Source: Aplysia californica (taxonomy: Eukaryota). From it: a stretch of DNA of 64,000 nucleotides. Positions 49,859 through 64,000 of this stretch are shown here, piece after piece. Positions within the stretch are counted from its first letter, which is position 1; each line of letters begins with the position of its first letter. A model generated the notes under the pieces. It did no database searches. It worked only from the letters and a program-made list of their open reading frames with translations, and had not been told where the DNA came from. The DNA is taken from NCBI RefSeq assembly GCF_000002075.1, contig NW_004797280.1, forward strand, positions 2,508,002 through 2,572,001, written 5' to 3'. The position numbers and the translations under genes were made by a program.

Positions 49859-52800
49859 TCATTGTATTCCCAGGGCTGCACGGGTCTGTTTGATGCGCTC
49901 GAGCCGGGTTGTCAGGTGTTTGTTTTGGTTCTGGAGTTCTTCCATTTGGGCACTTGCTTCCCTCAACTGCAGAAGGGGAAAAAAGAAATCACATCATCTA
50001 AGACAATACAAAACAGCGTCATGAGACATGTATTCTTGTTAACTTTTGGTACATTTGTACAACAATTGGACAATTGTTTCTCTACTTTGACAATTTGATC
50101 ATTGGATCTTGTGTTACCTTTACTGGTATAGCATACAGCAAAATTAAATTTTCATCAAGACTCATTTCATCTCTCTATTAAATAGAGTATGTAGAATAAT
50201 ACCGTAGAAATAAATGATAATATTTAAAAAGTTTTAGGAATTTTCCGCGCTGATGTTTGTTTATAATTTTTTTTTCCACTTGGAAAGGTCTTCTGTCATA
50301 TGTGTACACTTCATGTTGAGAAAGATCTTGATTTCTAAAAAAAATTACACACAGCAATCACTCACTTTTATTAACACTTAACACACTTAAGGAATTTACA
50401 GAAAATCCTATTTTCATACCAGCTACTCCAATAATTATCACTGCCACCAGCAAAGTTTTCGAGTCTGTCAGAGTCATCTTTCTTTACAATAGTTGCCATG
50501 ACTAAAATTACATATTTTAATAAGAAATTTCTTACCAAAAGCAGCTACCTCAACTAAAAAAACATACAATTTGTTATAACAGGCATTAGCAGTTGGTGGT
50601 AGAAGTTGCAACAAGTGTCAAGTTACATTTTAGCTCTGGCAATATCGGTACATATAAAATAAGCCTATTGGCAAATTTGGTGCTTAAAGACAAAAACAGA
50701 ACTTCACTTATTGGCAGGTCAAATGTCAGTTTGTGTGCTAAAGCTGTCCACAGTGAGACAACAAAGTGCGAGTCACTGTCCTGACAACAATTCATACCTC
50801 TTTTTGCAATTTCCTCTTCTCCTGTTTGAGTTCATCTTCCATGCCTTCCGCTCTCTCTGCATCACTTTTGTATCTCTTCACCTGGGCTTCTAATCTGGTC
50901 ACCTGGTTACAATAACATTTTTTAACAGATCATTTCATGCAAGAACATTGACCTTGCTCTTTTTGGAAACTTTTGGGACAGTTCGGCACCATAAAAAAAC
51001 AAAAGCAAATACACCACAATAGGATGGTTTACTTTTTCTAATATTGAAAACCTGAGTGCAAAAAGATTACAAACTATAACAATTCCCGGAGCACTTCAGA
51101 AACAGTTATTTTCATACAAGATTCTAATACACCCAAAGAAAAAATGTACGGTAAAATCCAGAATTTCAATGGGTCCCATAAGTAGAATCAGTAGAAAAGT
51201 TCACTTTTGACTTTTCAGAAGATGTCAGGCTTCAAGAAGGAGTTTTCCTTTTTTTTTCCTTGGGGAGGGGGGTTAAACAACTCCAAAAAAATTAACAAAA
51301 CATAATTTGAGTTCCAAGAAAAACACAAAAAAAGCCCATACCATTCCCTCTAACGTCGCTATATCCTGTTCTGCTTTCTGCAACTTGAATTTGTAGTCAT
51401 GAATCTGTTTACTAGCTTCACCTGCAAGGAAGCAACACAACTTGTCAGAAAATGTCTTCAAATAACTAGTAAAACCAGATATCTTTTGTGCCCGTTGCAG
51501 CATTTAAACTGCCTGGCAGATAAAAAGCTAAACATGCACATTTTCAATAAACCCCCTTTAAAAAAACAGAATCCAGGGTGTGAGTATTTGTGTGTGTATG
51601 TGTGAGTCTCTACTGACTGGAAAAATACATTTCCCAGTGAGCCCTGTCAAGTCAAGCTGAGCAGAAAAATCCACTTAGACTCAAAGGCTGGGCTTATCAC
51701 AGCTACACAGCACTGTCATGCATCACAGCGGACAACCAACTTTCTAAATCACTGCCATCTTGAAGCAAGAAATTGCTGGTTTGTTAACATATTGACACAA
51801 GCAGCAGCAAAAGCATTACAAATATCATCCTCCATTCCTAAAATATATTTTTATGATCATGTTCTATAAAAAGATGTGAATAAACCCTTTATCAGGCAAA
51901 CAAATATCTTATCTCTTTTCCAATACAGAAATGTGATTTGAGAATTATACCAGTATGTTCTTAAAACATTTCATACTTTGACACAGAAAACAAAACAATC
52001 CCGTTTTGTATCCGACACAGCTGGAGAAATCCAAACAAGCTGAAAAGATTAATAACATTTTTATCACATTAAATGTGTGCACATACACATGTATCATTTT
52101 TTAGTAATTTGTTAGCCAATGTTAATAATTTGTTGTTGTTGTTTTTTTTAATCCATCCCATTCTGATGTTCAGTTCTAAAGCTTGACTTCTTAATAGTTA
52201 TCTTGAGGAAGTTGTCCCCAAGCACAGCATCCTTTATTGTTTCCTTTTGAATGTAACAAAAATGATACAAACCAATCAAAAATTCCCAATCTTTAACATA
52301 ATGAATTTGTGACTCAAAACTTGTCTTCTGCAATCTTGAGACCTTATTTTAAAAACTGCTTGATTCCCATTCATCTTTTGCCCCTGTTCTGTTCACTCGA
52401 CATTTCTTACTTGTATCTCCTCCTATGAATCATCATCCAGTGCATTGGTGAGAGGATGAGTGCACAGGAAACGCTTCTAAAATCTATCACAACATAAAGA
52501 AACAGAGCAGCCCAGGCAATATTGCACACACAGAAACATTGATACACCTTCATTACGTTGTTCAGAGACATGCACAACAAGATGGTCTTCGGTCACTATG
52601 AGTCACCAAAGGGGAAGACAGAACTCACGGTCACAAAATCTATTTCCTACTTCACAGACTCCCAAACCAAAGCCCCACACCATGCTTTTGTAGTCACCAC
52701 TAGGCAAGGCGAAAAGAACCCTTGAAAGAAATTTTGCCTGGATGTTTAACAAAGAGAAACAAAATATACTGATGTTTGTTCTTTATGCACCAAACCTCTT

Positions 52801-55800
52801 TCGAAAAGTACTGAAAAACAAAAGTGCAGGAATGATTCTCAGAAATTTACCTACAGGATACACAATATAAAAAGGCTTACTTTTTCCAAAAATTATTTCA
52901 TACTGCTATCAACTACAAGAGCCCTTGCATGATGGTTTCATACCAATTTACAATGTTGAATCGACTGAGACAAGAAATGACAACAAAAAGTGGTGCAGAC
53001 GGAAAGACAAGACGGTGTAAGCAAAACACACCCTGAACATCTTGGAAGGTGATTTGGAGATAGAGGAACAGTGTGCTACACAAGATCATGCAAAGGGCTA
53101 CTCAGCCCTTTTTCCTGAAAGAACTAGTTACTTTGACCATCCGGTTCACACACCATTATCACTAAAGCTACTGCTATCTGAAAATCGTTTTACTCAGAAA
53201 TTTACTACGGCATAGGGTGGGATGAACGTTCTATTCAACACAGTACGTCTATGACAAAGAAATATGCGATGAAGGAAAACAAATACTAGGCAACAAAAGA
53301 AAAGACCCCGGCAGCATATTGTGCGATGATGCCCATCAGTCCTTTACCCCAGATAACAGAAAGGGAACAAATAAAAGAAAACAAAGCTCATTTGGTGATT
53401 ACATATAAAAACCTAAAGCAAATGTGGATGGAAGTTGGGGAAACTTTTGGGAGGGGGGTGTCAATGAGGGGTATGGGGATAGAAGAAGCATGGGAAGCTT
53501 AAAAGCACTTCAGCTGAAGCAAATCCAACAACCTGTGGCAATAACTCTTATAAACAGTGCATGGTTTCAGCAGGAATGAAATGTATATAATATATATATA
53601 TGTGTGTGTGTGTGTGGGAAAAGAATCTACAAGTGATGATGAGCGTTCGCAAAGTGAGTAAACCATTCATGTCACCCTTACTCCGACACCCAAAGACAAA
53701 TTTCAAGCTGCCATGTCTAGATTTTAAGAAATTATGAGAAGTGTACCTATCATAAACAGCACATCAGGTTAAGAGTCTTAATTTCTTGAGGTAGTAAATT
53801 TACAATACCAACTCTATAGTATTCCTATATAGAATCATCCTATCTGGAAATGAAATAGCGTACAAATTTCCTTCCCATCATGTGACTCTAGCTAGAAATA
53901 TAGATCACACTGAAAATGTTGCTTTCCCATGATTACTCTTCATTTAAATATGGTTGCAAGCTAAAGGACTTTACCAAAAAACCCTTAACCACTCCAGTCC
54001 CAAGCTTTGTTTCAGATTTCCCCCCTTCCCCGAACCAAGCAATTCTGCATGAAAGATCTTGCACATTTCCACTGAATGTGTCTATCTAGAGAGCACTCCT
54101 GGCATGCCATGCCCCCATCTAACCATCTACCCTTCGTCCACTTCAAACAGGTCCTGTTCAGTCAGTAGCCAATGTAGCAGACAAAATTCGTGGACACCTT
54201 GCTCACTTTTCCAACAATTTGGGCTCTGACACAACATGGCCAAGAAGACAGGACAAACTTAAAAAATTTCATATTCCCAACCTTCGTGGCAAGGAACACA
54301 AATGAAATTAAAAAGAGAGATAAAGAGAGAGGAGGAAACAAAAATTAGGTTGGACCAATTCTACAATGTTGCGCTGCTGCTTCAGCCCATGCCTATTACC
54401 TTGTTCTCGTTGGAACATCCCTGGGAAATGATACAAGGTCAGTTAACAGTTCATCAGCACATGCTCCACATAATTTACATGTGTTTGTATCCAACTGTCC
54501 ACAAGAAAACCAGGGTCTGTCCTGCATGAAAAGACTGCAGTTGAATCTGTAAGTCAAGCTTAGGCACGGTTTTTTAGAAAAATCAACCAAACAGGTAAAA
54601 GCAGTCTGCTAGAAGCCAGTTTCACAGTGGACTAGCTCATAGAAGACACAAGAGCAAGACCAACAGTTCCCATCCGGCGGCTCTTCCAAGATCCTGTGTA
54701 CTAAAGTCCCATCCTGGTGGGGGTGGGGGCAAACTGCTAGATGGACAAACCGGGTGCTGCAGATATCCACACAGACTGATGATCACCTGACACTCAGTCA
54801 GGCCCAAGCTCAGAGGTTCCCAAACACCTTTCCCAAAATCCTCATTGGTACTTTACAGAAAGATAACACTCACCAAAATTTAGTTATTTCAGATTTTTTA
54901 TAGAAAAAACCCATTTACTGTGAAGGAAGAGTTGGGAGAAGGGGACTTAACTGTTGTGTTGTTACACACAGCTCAGACAAACAGTTACATTTAGCAGGGG
55001 CCCAATGATCTTGTAACACGGGAATAACCATTAGAGAAGGCTTGGAAACCTCTGGCCCAGCAGAAGCAGAGCAAGCGGGTCACAAAATAGTCGCTTTACC
55101 TTTGTACTATGTACCTTTCACACCTGTGGTGATGAATACACAAGTCAAGAGATCACATACCACATCTACGTTGAAAAGTAAACATCCACAGCATGGATCT
55201 CAAGCACACAAAAAAAAAGAAAGATGGCTATCAAAAGAACTGTCATCTCTATATGGGTTTTACTTTACGGGATAACCAGTCTTACATTATGCTTGATAAT
55301 CTATGAATGAAGGAGACCTGAATAACTAAATGAAAAAAGCTAGCAAAGATCAAAAGGTTAAATAAACTTTTCAATGACAACCAATCATACAATCACACAC
55401 CAATAAACGACTTACGTTGAATTTCATAGAGTTGCATTTCAGGACCATTCATCTGTGAAACACCAGAACCATTCTCGCCCTTTTTAGCACTGAACTGGTG
55501 GTCTTCTAGTTCATCTTTCAAAGTTTTAATCTGTCAACAAAAGGCAATGAATAAACTTAATATTCAACAAACATTTGTCCTACAATTATAAAAACAATAA
55601 AAAATGTAACCAACACAAGCCGATGGTAAATACAGTGTTGCAGAAAAGGCTGATAAGAGTGAGTCACTCAAGAAGCAAAAATGTGTTATCAAAGTAAAAA
55701 CATTGATCAGAAACCTATATCACAAAATCATTTATTCATGTCGATTTTGCTAAATTTTCACCCATAGCATAATGTGTTTAACTAATTGCGGGCAAGAACC

Positions 55801-56732
55801 AAGTTTAGGAGCATTTTTAGAACTGAATTTCGATTACTCAATTCCATTGAGTGACATGTTGTCACCCTGGTCACTAAAACATGGTCAAACTCCGAGAAGT
55901 CAATCATTTCATGATGTTTATACAAATATTGTTCAAGCAACTTCAGCCTTCACTAAATAACAACCCTGTGTACAACACAACCCACAGCAATCTTCCAAGT
56001 AAGCAATGATAGACACAACTCAAGGTGAGACATTAATTTGGACTCAGTTTTTCAACAAGCATAAAGTTGTACCTGTTGTCATTCAAAAGTGAAAGCTAGT
56101 TCACGGAAAACTGCAGAAACTACTAAAACTGGAAATAACAGCTAATCTATAACATTGGCATTTAAACAAATAATGGGCACAATTTAACAGTAATGAAGGC
56201 CATTAAGAATGAGGACCACACCTTAAGGGACAAACAAAAGCAAAGTAATCAATTGTATTGGGAACCCGTTACGTTTTAGTGACCGTTCTACAGCACTTGC
56301 AATACAAATAGATCATATAAAAGCCGAAGATTATAGAGGTGTTACGAGAGAGTAACAAATACAAAAAAGGAGAGATAAGGAGGATAGATGTTTGATAGGA
56401 AAACCACACAAGAGCACCTGCAAACCGCCCGCTGGAAACCCTTTGAGAACGGATCAAACACAACTCATAATGATTATATCGTCCTAATATCAAGACAGCA
56501 ATAAGAAAAGGAAAGTTTGAACAAAACGTTAAGCACTATAATATGAGCTTCAAGTCCAGTTTTAATAAAAGAGAAGAACACCTACAACTACAAGACAATG
56601 GTCACTTACTAGAGGAGCTAAGAAGAAAAATAAAGAGGACATTCAGAAACAATGACAGATGTAACAAGTGCACATTGTTTACCTCTTTATGCAGTGACTC
56701 TCTTTCAGCAGCAAAACTTTTAATTTTGTCGT
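49859..56732 (-). CDS. LRRFIP2: Leucine-rich repeat flightless-interacting protein (LRRFIP1/2), last five coding exons; 5' part not found in the window
   Basis: Exons (minus) 56732-56683, 55530-55416, 51421-51342, 50902-50798, 49966-49859, in phase. They give ...[101 protein letters not shown]..., the conserved LRRFIP C-terminal coiled coil. Confidence 0.9.
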
Positions 56733-59700
56733 CTGAAAAAAAAAACGTCAACAGAAAATAAAAAATGTGAAGAATAAAATGTAACTTATTCATTAATTGA
56801 ACATATCCAATTTGCATACAAAGCAAAAGAAAATATATATATATCTTAGATATTAAAAGACCAAATATACACTTGTAAGGGAAGGTACCATGGGCAAAAA
56901 CTCAAAGATAAAAAAGGTCATTGTCATCATATAAGTTTAACGCCCCTTCTAACACTTGAATAAAGGGAAAGAAAGAAAGGGGGGGGGGGGGAAAGGACAT
57001 AAGTGAAATCATACTGCTCACTTAGACATCACATATGAACAACGTCAAGGCAAGGCATAGAACTAATAATCAAAGTAACAAGCTTAAAATATGTCTAATG
57101 CAGGGCCCTTTTAAACACTAAATTCCACAGAGAAGCAAACATTTTTCATACTTTATGTGACATAATATAATCTGACCATCTTGTCCCTCCTCAATGTTAA
57201 GACATGTGAAGCTCTCACAAAAATTCTTTATTACAGTAGTTAAAGTGTCACATCAGAAGCTTAAGAGTCACTAACCCCAACAAAAATAATAGCCCGGTCA
57301 TTGTGAATTTTCTTTTATTTTATGCAGTCTCATTCCTTATCATACAATCATTTTGGTAAATATGTTGTTAGCGTTTATCAGTGGGATGAGTTTTCCAAAA
57401 GGGAAAAAGTATGTCTTCGGCTGTAGGTGACTACGCATCAACCAAGACCCAAAAAAAAAATAAATCAATCCACAAGATTTTAAGGAAGCATGTTCAGGAC
57501 CAGCCGCAATCCAATCTCCAGCAGTATTTGACAGCACTCTTGGGGGAGGGGGAGTTGGTGTGTGTATGTACGCAATCAGAAGAAGTGCTAAACCAATAAA
57601 CTGAATCTTCTCATATCTTGATAGATATTCATGAAGCCACATAAAAGAGAATGCCTTCCTTATTTTAAATATCGGTGTGAACAATTTATCACAAAACGCA
57701 TATCTTTTGCGGAATCTATTTCACCCATGAGAACAAAATTGAGTATCAAAACCATTATAACATCTTGTGCAGTTCTTGAGTGTCTCACTTCAAGGACAGC
57801 ATGCCCAACCTTCCACAAATGAAATAGCAGAGGGCTTGCAGCTTGTCTCAAGATCTCAGCTCAAGATAAAATACCCACACAAACCAAGCTTCACTCATTC
57901 TGTAATTACTTAAGAGAAATCTGATATGTAAAAGTCACCGAGCATCAGAGCTGCACACATACATTTGGTCCTTCTCCAAAAACTCATAGCTATGTGAATT
58001 AAATTTTAAAAACCAGTCTATCCTGAAGTCCAATCTCTAAAGTACATAAGAAACACCACCTAAACTAGTAACAGAATAAATTATGAAAGACATTTTCTTT
58101 GGGACTGAGCATCAATATAGGGGATGTACCTAACTTGGGAGAGACCAAATTGCACAGTAATGCTGTACTGGTGTTCATTCACAGAGTCAACAGGAAGTCA
58201 CACATTGTGCTATGTGGTTTAGCAATGGAAGGTATCTAATAGGGAAACGTAATAATAATAATATACATCAAGCACAATTTAGATCTACATGTGAAGATTT
58301 CTCTTATTATTAAGTTCTTCTTCTCATACTCCTTCACCCCCCCCCCCCCAAAAAAAAACCTCCACGATTGACTCTTAATTTATACTGTGTCATTTTGTAT
58401 GATGTAAAGTTGCAAGATAAATTGTTAAGGAAAGGGGCATGCAAGAAAAAAAGTGAGTTTTTTTTATTCAAAGTGTTCTGGGTGTTTGGAAATTGTACTT
58501 GTATACCATGAGAAGATGAATGGTTTCAGGGGGAAAAAGCAGTAGCAACTTACAACTTGACTCTGTGAATATTTCCACCAAAATTCCCAGCTTTACAAAA
58601 GAGTGCATTTAATATTTTCTTTCTTACCATGAAACAATCAAACTGCACACACAATAAATAGTTCAGAGGTGTTAGGAGTAAATAAGGCAGAAAAACTACA
58701 CGTAATAGGAAACAAGAACAACTCGTGCATTTTGATACTTCACAGTTTTAACCACACACACACAAAAAAAACCCAACCAAACAAACAACAAAAAAAAAAC
58801 AACAACATAATGCCAAGACATAATTAAATGTTTTTTCCAAATATGTGAGTGTGACAAATGTTCATATTTCATGCCAGAGTCAAGTTGTATGATGCACTTT
58901 TCAAGAACCATGGTGCCAGTATTAAAGCACTAGAAACAAAAACATATGTATCCACAAAACTTTTATTGATACATTGTATTTCTAAAACATCATTTGTGGA
59001 ATCTGTAGCTTGGTTAAAAGAAGCAGAATATGAATCACACATGGGTACATACTGATAGAAAGAAAAAAAGTTATGAAGATATCAGTGAGACAGCAAAGCA
59101 AAGAATGTCTCAGACATAAAGCAACTCCCATCCCCTTTTCCACCCCGAACGTTTTGCACTTTTAAAGAAAACTAATAATCATATCTCAGTCAGAGTCCAC
59201 CCCCCACCCCCCACTCCTAGTCTAAATTCTGAACACTTTAAGAGGCAAATCATGCAATTGCATAAGAATAAGTTATCAACATTTCAAGAGAATAAATCAT
59301 TTAACAAAGGGTAACTGAACACAAAGAAAATATCCAAAACGGTAATATAGCATTTATACAGATCACTGATTCTCAACAAAATTTATAATATGGCTTTCTT
59401 TAACAGTCCTCTAATATCATCTAGTTTGGTTCACAGCCGGTACTTAAATTCAATGTTCATCCCCATCATGATGAATTTTACAGAAAATAATTATCCACTT
59501 AACATTTAAACCTACACAAAATGAGACTTTAGCTTGTTTTGCTCAGATAGCAAGAAAGACAGCATTCTCCCACAAAGATTCAAAATTAGAAAACACAAGA
59601 CTATGACCACAGTCAGCGCATTAAAAAGTCTGGATTTTGGATGACGAGGAACAAAAATATAAACAGTTTTATGCATTACCATACATAACACTTGAAATTT

Positions 59701-62700
59701 GATTCCATCATTTTGATGAGGTTGCTTTTTGAGTATGGCACACACTGTCCATCTTATTTGAAGGCTTCAATATCTCAAAAGCAGAGATATGAAGATAAAA
59801 ACAGAATCCAAACAAGACTTTCCAACAACACATCACATGTCTATTATTAAACCATCATGTGTAAAACTTGACCCTGTTTGTTTTAGTATGATTTTAATGG
59901 TGCTCGCAACTGCATTATAAAGAACTTGACTCTGACATTTATTTACATGAACAACTTTTTAAGAGCTGACACAATTCATGTAGTGGAGAAAAAAAAGTTG
60001 TGGATTCACAAATCCTTTCTTAACAAAATGTAAAGGGACAGCAAACCACAGAGAGCAACTTCAATCTTTGATGCACATGCTGAGACTTGTTGAGGTCAAA
60101 CTTTACTCCATCCTGACACTGTCTATGGAAACCTCATAAGCATTTTGCAAGGAAAGGTATTGGTGACATATTCATAATATCTCTTGATTATGTCTTATCT
60201 GATTGGAGGAGTTAAAAAGCATATTATCAGCTTGGTAGACAGCAAAAACAAATTATTTGGAACGGACCAAATTCATTCTTTTTTCGTATTATCTGAGGTT
60301 ATATTTAAACCTTATACATTCCCATTGAACAAAAAAAAAAGGAAATACAAAGTATGCGGTTGCAATCAGGGCTGCTACAAGACTCTCACTAAACATAAGG
60401 AAAAAATGAGTGTTGAATAAAGTAAATTAAGTTAAAAAAATGTATACATAACAAAAGCTTCAGTTCCACAATGGAAAGAAATGACAGAATTAAAATTAAG
60501 TAAAAGACATTAAGGAGAGGCAAATTTGATGTTTTCATGCATGAGCTATAGGTTTTTATTAAATGGTAGGATTTTTAAACCCATGAGTGGAAGAAAGGGG
60601 TAAACTGGTGAAGTAGAATAGAAAGGTTTCATTGAAACTCATGGAATTTATGTGTAAAGAGACTGTAAAAAGTCATCAAAATTCGCACTATTCCTTACGA
60701 AGTTAGTGCTTTTTATATTAAAAATGTAAATATATGAGAAAAGGATATGCACATGTCTGGAATGTCAGCATGCCTTCATGTATAACAGGTTGAGAAATTT
60801 CCAAAAACACACAATACAAATGGGAAAATTTGTTAACACTTTCTAGAGTGCAAAGTCACAGGCAAATGAACCCAATTCAAAAGCACTTTTCACTTCGAAA
60901 TGATTGAAAATTATGCAGCTCAATCAATTCAGTTCATTATGTATATAGCAGCAAAACAAGTCCTTCAAGCTATGTTGTCTATCTGACACTTGAATATTAT
61001 TGCGCCAAACAATAATCCCTCTCATCGTCCACTTTATTTTCTCCAAACTACAAGTCAAAACATGCCTGAAACAATCTATTTTTCAAAACAGATAAAGAAT
61101 GGGTTTTATGGACAAAGGGAATAGAGTAATAAAAACGGCAACAGCTTTAACTGAGACTTAAGCTGCTATACTTTAATCTAAGACGTCAACCAAGAGACAG
61201 CTGGGATCTAATCTGTTCCCCAATATTGTTTTGGTCTAATCACTATATCATAATATATATCATAATAAAAAATCATTTACATGCATAAAAATCAGCATTG
61301 CCATAAAATGTTCTAATAATATTGTGATTATCTGCACTTTCAGTAAATAGCTGTCAACTTTTTAAAGTTAAATTATGTTCAATGGAGTTGACGTTGCCTG
61401 AGAAGTTTCACTTTCATTTGATGACTAGTCAAAACATCTATGGTTACAGTTAAAACCGAAGACTGTTGCCATATTATACACATTGTGAGCGCGACTGTCC
61501 AGTTCATAAAGGATTTTATTGTCAGAAATTCCAACTTACGCATCAATTTGAGGTGTTTCAAGCTATGAACCAAGGCAGAAGTTCTTTACATAATAAAGTG
61601 TAAAAGTGAAGGATAATATGACAGAATAAAACCCCTTACAATATAACAACAAATAATTAAATATATGAAAGTGGGCTCCTGGATTAATGCAATCTAGGAT
61701 AATATTGGTGAGGTTAAGTAAGACAGACTTTTGTGGTTTGAGAATTAATTTTAATTTTTTTTTTAAAGAAAGAAAGAAAAGCTGCAAACAAAAATCTTTA
61801 AAATACAAGAGGGATATGTTTTAAATTTGGCAAGTCTTTAAGTACACTGTATGGCAACTTCAGGATAATTTAAAATTTTAAAAAAAGTACTCCACAGGTA
61901 AATCCCTTGTATGACAGAAACCAAGAGCAATGTGTAAGATATGTGAACTTGCTGGAAGCAAAAATAAAATCAGCGATAACTAATTACTGCTACAAAATAT
62001 GGCAATGTCTCAAAAAGAACAGCCATATTCATGGTAGGAAAATAAAAAAGAATCATGTTAGTAGAAGAACACATTCTCAGTGTATGCTCATTCAATGACA
62101 AAACAAAACATCAAAGTCAGTGTTGAGAACTGAGAAAAAGAGCAATCAAAATTGCTAGAGCACCTGTACATTTTTCTTGCAATCATTCAACTGCATTTGT
62201 TCTCTTTTTCACTAAACATCATACACAAAAGGTGTGAAAAAGTTTGGATTTTTTGGGGGGTTTTTTAATAATCGAGGGTTTTACGGCGCTCGCAACTGCA
62301 TAAGGTCATATAACAACCAAGGGGTGGGTTTCAACAGAGAAGTCTTTACAGGGAATCAGACTTAGACTGCTCACCTCTCTAGCTTCAACAGTACAAGGTC
62401 TGCTTCGACTATCAAGGCCCCCCCGAAAATAGCAGGTCACAAGAGAGTGACAAACATACAAAAGAAGTAGAGGAAAATGACAATAGTAAGGATCAGGAGA
62501 GAAAAAGCAGCAGTTCCCTGTTGTAGATCAGGCACAGTTATGAGCGTGACATGAGTCAGCCCATTTACAATTCTACTATCCTTGAACGAGAAATGTCCCC
62601 CCTTTTGGAATGGCCTAAAGACACTACAGTCAGTGGCACTGCCCCGGAAGGTATGTGTGAGAAAGTAAAGGCAACAAAAATAAGACCCTTCACTAAATGA

Positions 62701-63201
62701 CCAACTTAATTTACCCCCCCCCCCCTAAAATAATGCATTTTTTAGGACCCGGAGAAGTAATACCTTCTAGAACCTCTTGCATTTCTCATACACCAAATAA
62801 TAACAAAAAGGTAAACTAAGAACAAGAAAAAAACCAAAACAGGAATAAGGATACACTTACAAAACAATCAGTTTGAATTCATGAAATAAAAATAAGCTAA
62901 GAGAAAATTAAGTGAACAACAAAACATTTAGTCCTATTCTACAACCATAAAAATGTAACAGTAAATTTTGTACATGACATGCAGAAGACCAGACACTGTT
63001 ATCTAAATCTAGCATTGGACATACAGAGTACAACTGAAAAGTTGATGAACTATAGTTACAAAAACTAAATTGCCTTCAATCTTCAACATGGCCTATTTCT
63101 CATCAATAAAATTTGGTTGCCCTCAAGATAAATTCAGGCACCTTTCATAGTAACAGGATAGAACAGGCAAAGAATAGATAAAACACATGCACGCACGCGC
63201 T

Positions 63202-63203
<2 letters not shown>

Positions 63204-63238
<35 letters not shown>

Positions 63239-63240
63239 AC
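63204..63240. repeat. (CA)n microsatellite
   Basis: Direct reading. Confidence 0.95.
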
Positions 63241-64000
63241 ATGCAACAAAAGTCACATCGCTGCCAACTACTACGTGTAACAAACTTCTGAGTCTTACAT
63301 GAAAATTATACAGTATTTTTTTTTTATCACAACACGACTTCCTGCCTTTTCTATCATGATTTTAGACTCAAGTATTGTTATGAAAGTAAACAATAGGTAT
63401 AAATGATACAATTCAAACCTGACCGAATTCTTTCATTTAATTTTTCTTTCAGATAACTTCTGCAAGTGCAAACCAAATGTATTTCATAAAAACAAAAATA
63501 TAGGCCAAAGTATCAACTCAATTCTTATGAAAGTCAAGGTGACTCTTCATTATATTTTCAGAATAAAAATGAAAGTAGTAGCTAGCATGCAAAAAGTCAA
63601 TAATTACAAAATACGCAGGCCTTTGATAACAAAAATCAGTCACAGAAGTATTAAACGCTTCTATCACACTGGTCATAAAATCATGCAAATGATTATCAAT
63701 TGTAAATTTGATTGTTTTGGGGGTTTTCCTTTTCATAAAAAAAAAAAATCACTTTTAAATATTAAATAAGAACAATAAGCATGGTGTAACCAGAGGTTTT
63801 GATAAAAGTTTTCCCACAAACTTCAATAACTTATAAATAAATAAATACCCAAGGCACTATCATCTTTGGTGCACACTGAAGTTCACCATCGAATAACAGC
63901 AACGTATACATAATGTACACGTAGTAGTTAACAAATTTCTAAGATGACTAGCTGAAAACATAACATGTCAAGTAGAAATCGTAATTCTGGAAATACATTA

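Noticed and set aside
58554-58642. Further LRRFIP microexon candidates (9 nt at 58562-58554; 15 nt near 58642-58628)
   Set aside because: Good donors but weak polypyrimidine tracts, and the 15-nt one would introduce a stop; not supportable without reads.

Overview
AT-rich, intron-rich animal (most likely invertebrate) genomic DNA. Most ORFs in the supplied track are spurious or run across splice sites. Five protein-coding genes can be reconstructed by hand from GT-AG boundaries and consistent phases. (1) First coding exon of an RNF115/RNF126-type E3 ligase (- strand, continues off the left edge). (2) Complete RCCD1-like RCC1-repeat gene (+, 6 coding exons, 395 aa). (3) A spliced, intact-looking gene (-) encoding a WRKY/GCM1-type zinc-finger protein that resembles the N- and C-terminal parts of Mutator-like (MULE) transposases but has no catalytic core; one exon falls in an assembly gap. 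(4) Complete aldo-keto reductase (+, 8 exons, 290 aa), head-to-head with gene 3. (5) The last five coding exons of LRRFIP1/2 (-). Introns and intergenic DNA hold many Tigger/pogo-type MITEs (CAGT...ACTG, TA TSD; one nested pair), piggyBac MITEs (TTAA), a mariner relic, three tRNA-SINE families and microsatellites. The most interesting locus is 20.6-30.2 kb: a candidate domesticated MULE DNA-binding gene whose start lies about 480 bp from a 231-bp foldback element with a perfect 9-bp TSD built from self-palindromic 34-bp units. Both divergent promoter regions are also marked by dense TAGATCTA/TAGGCCTA palindromes.
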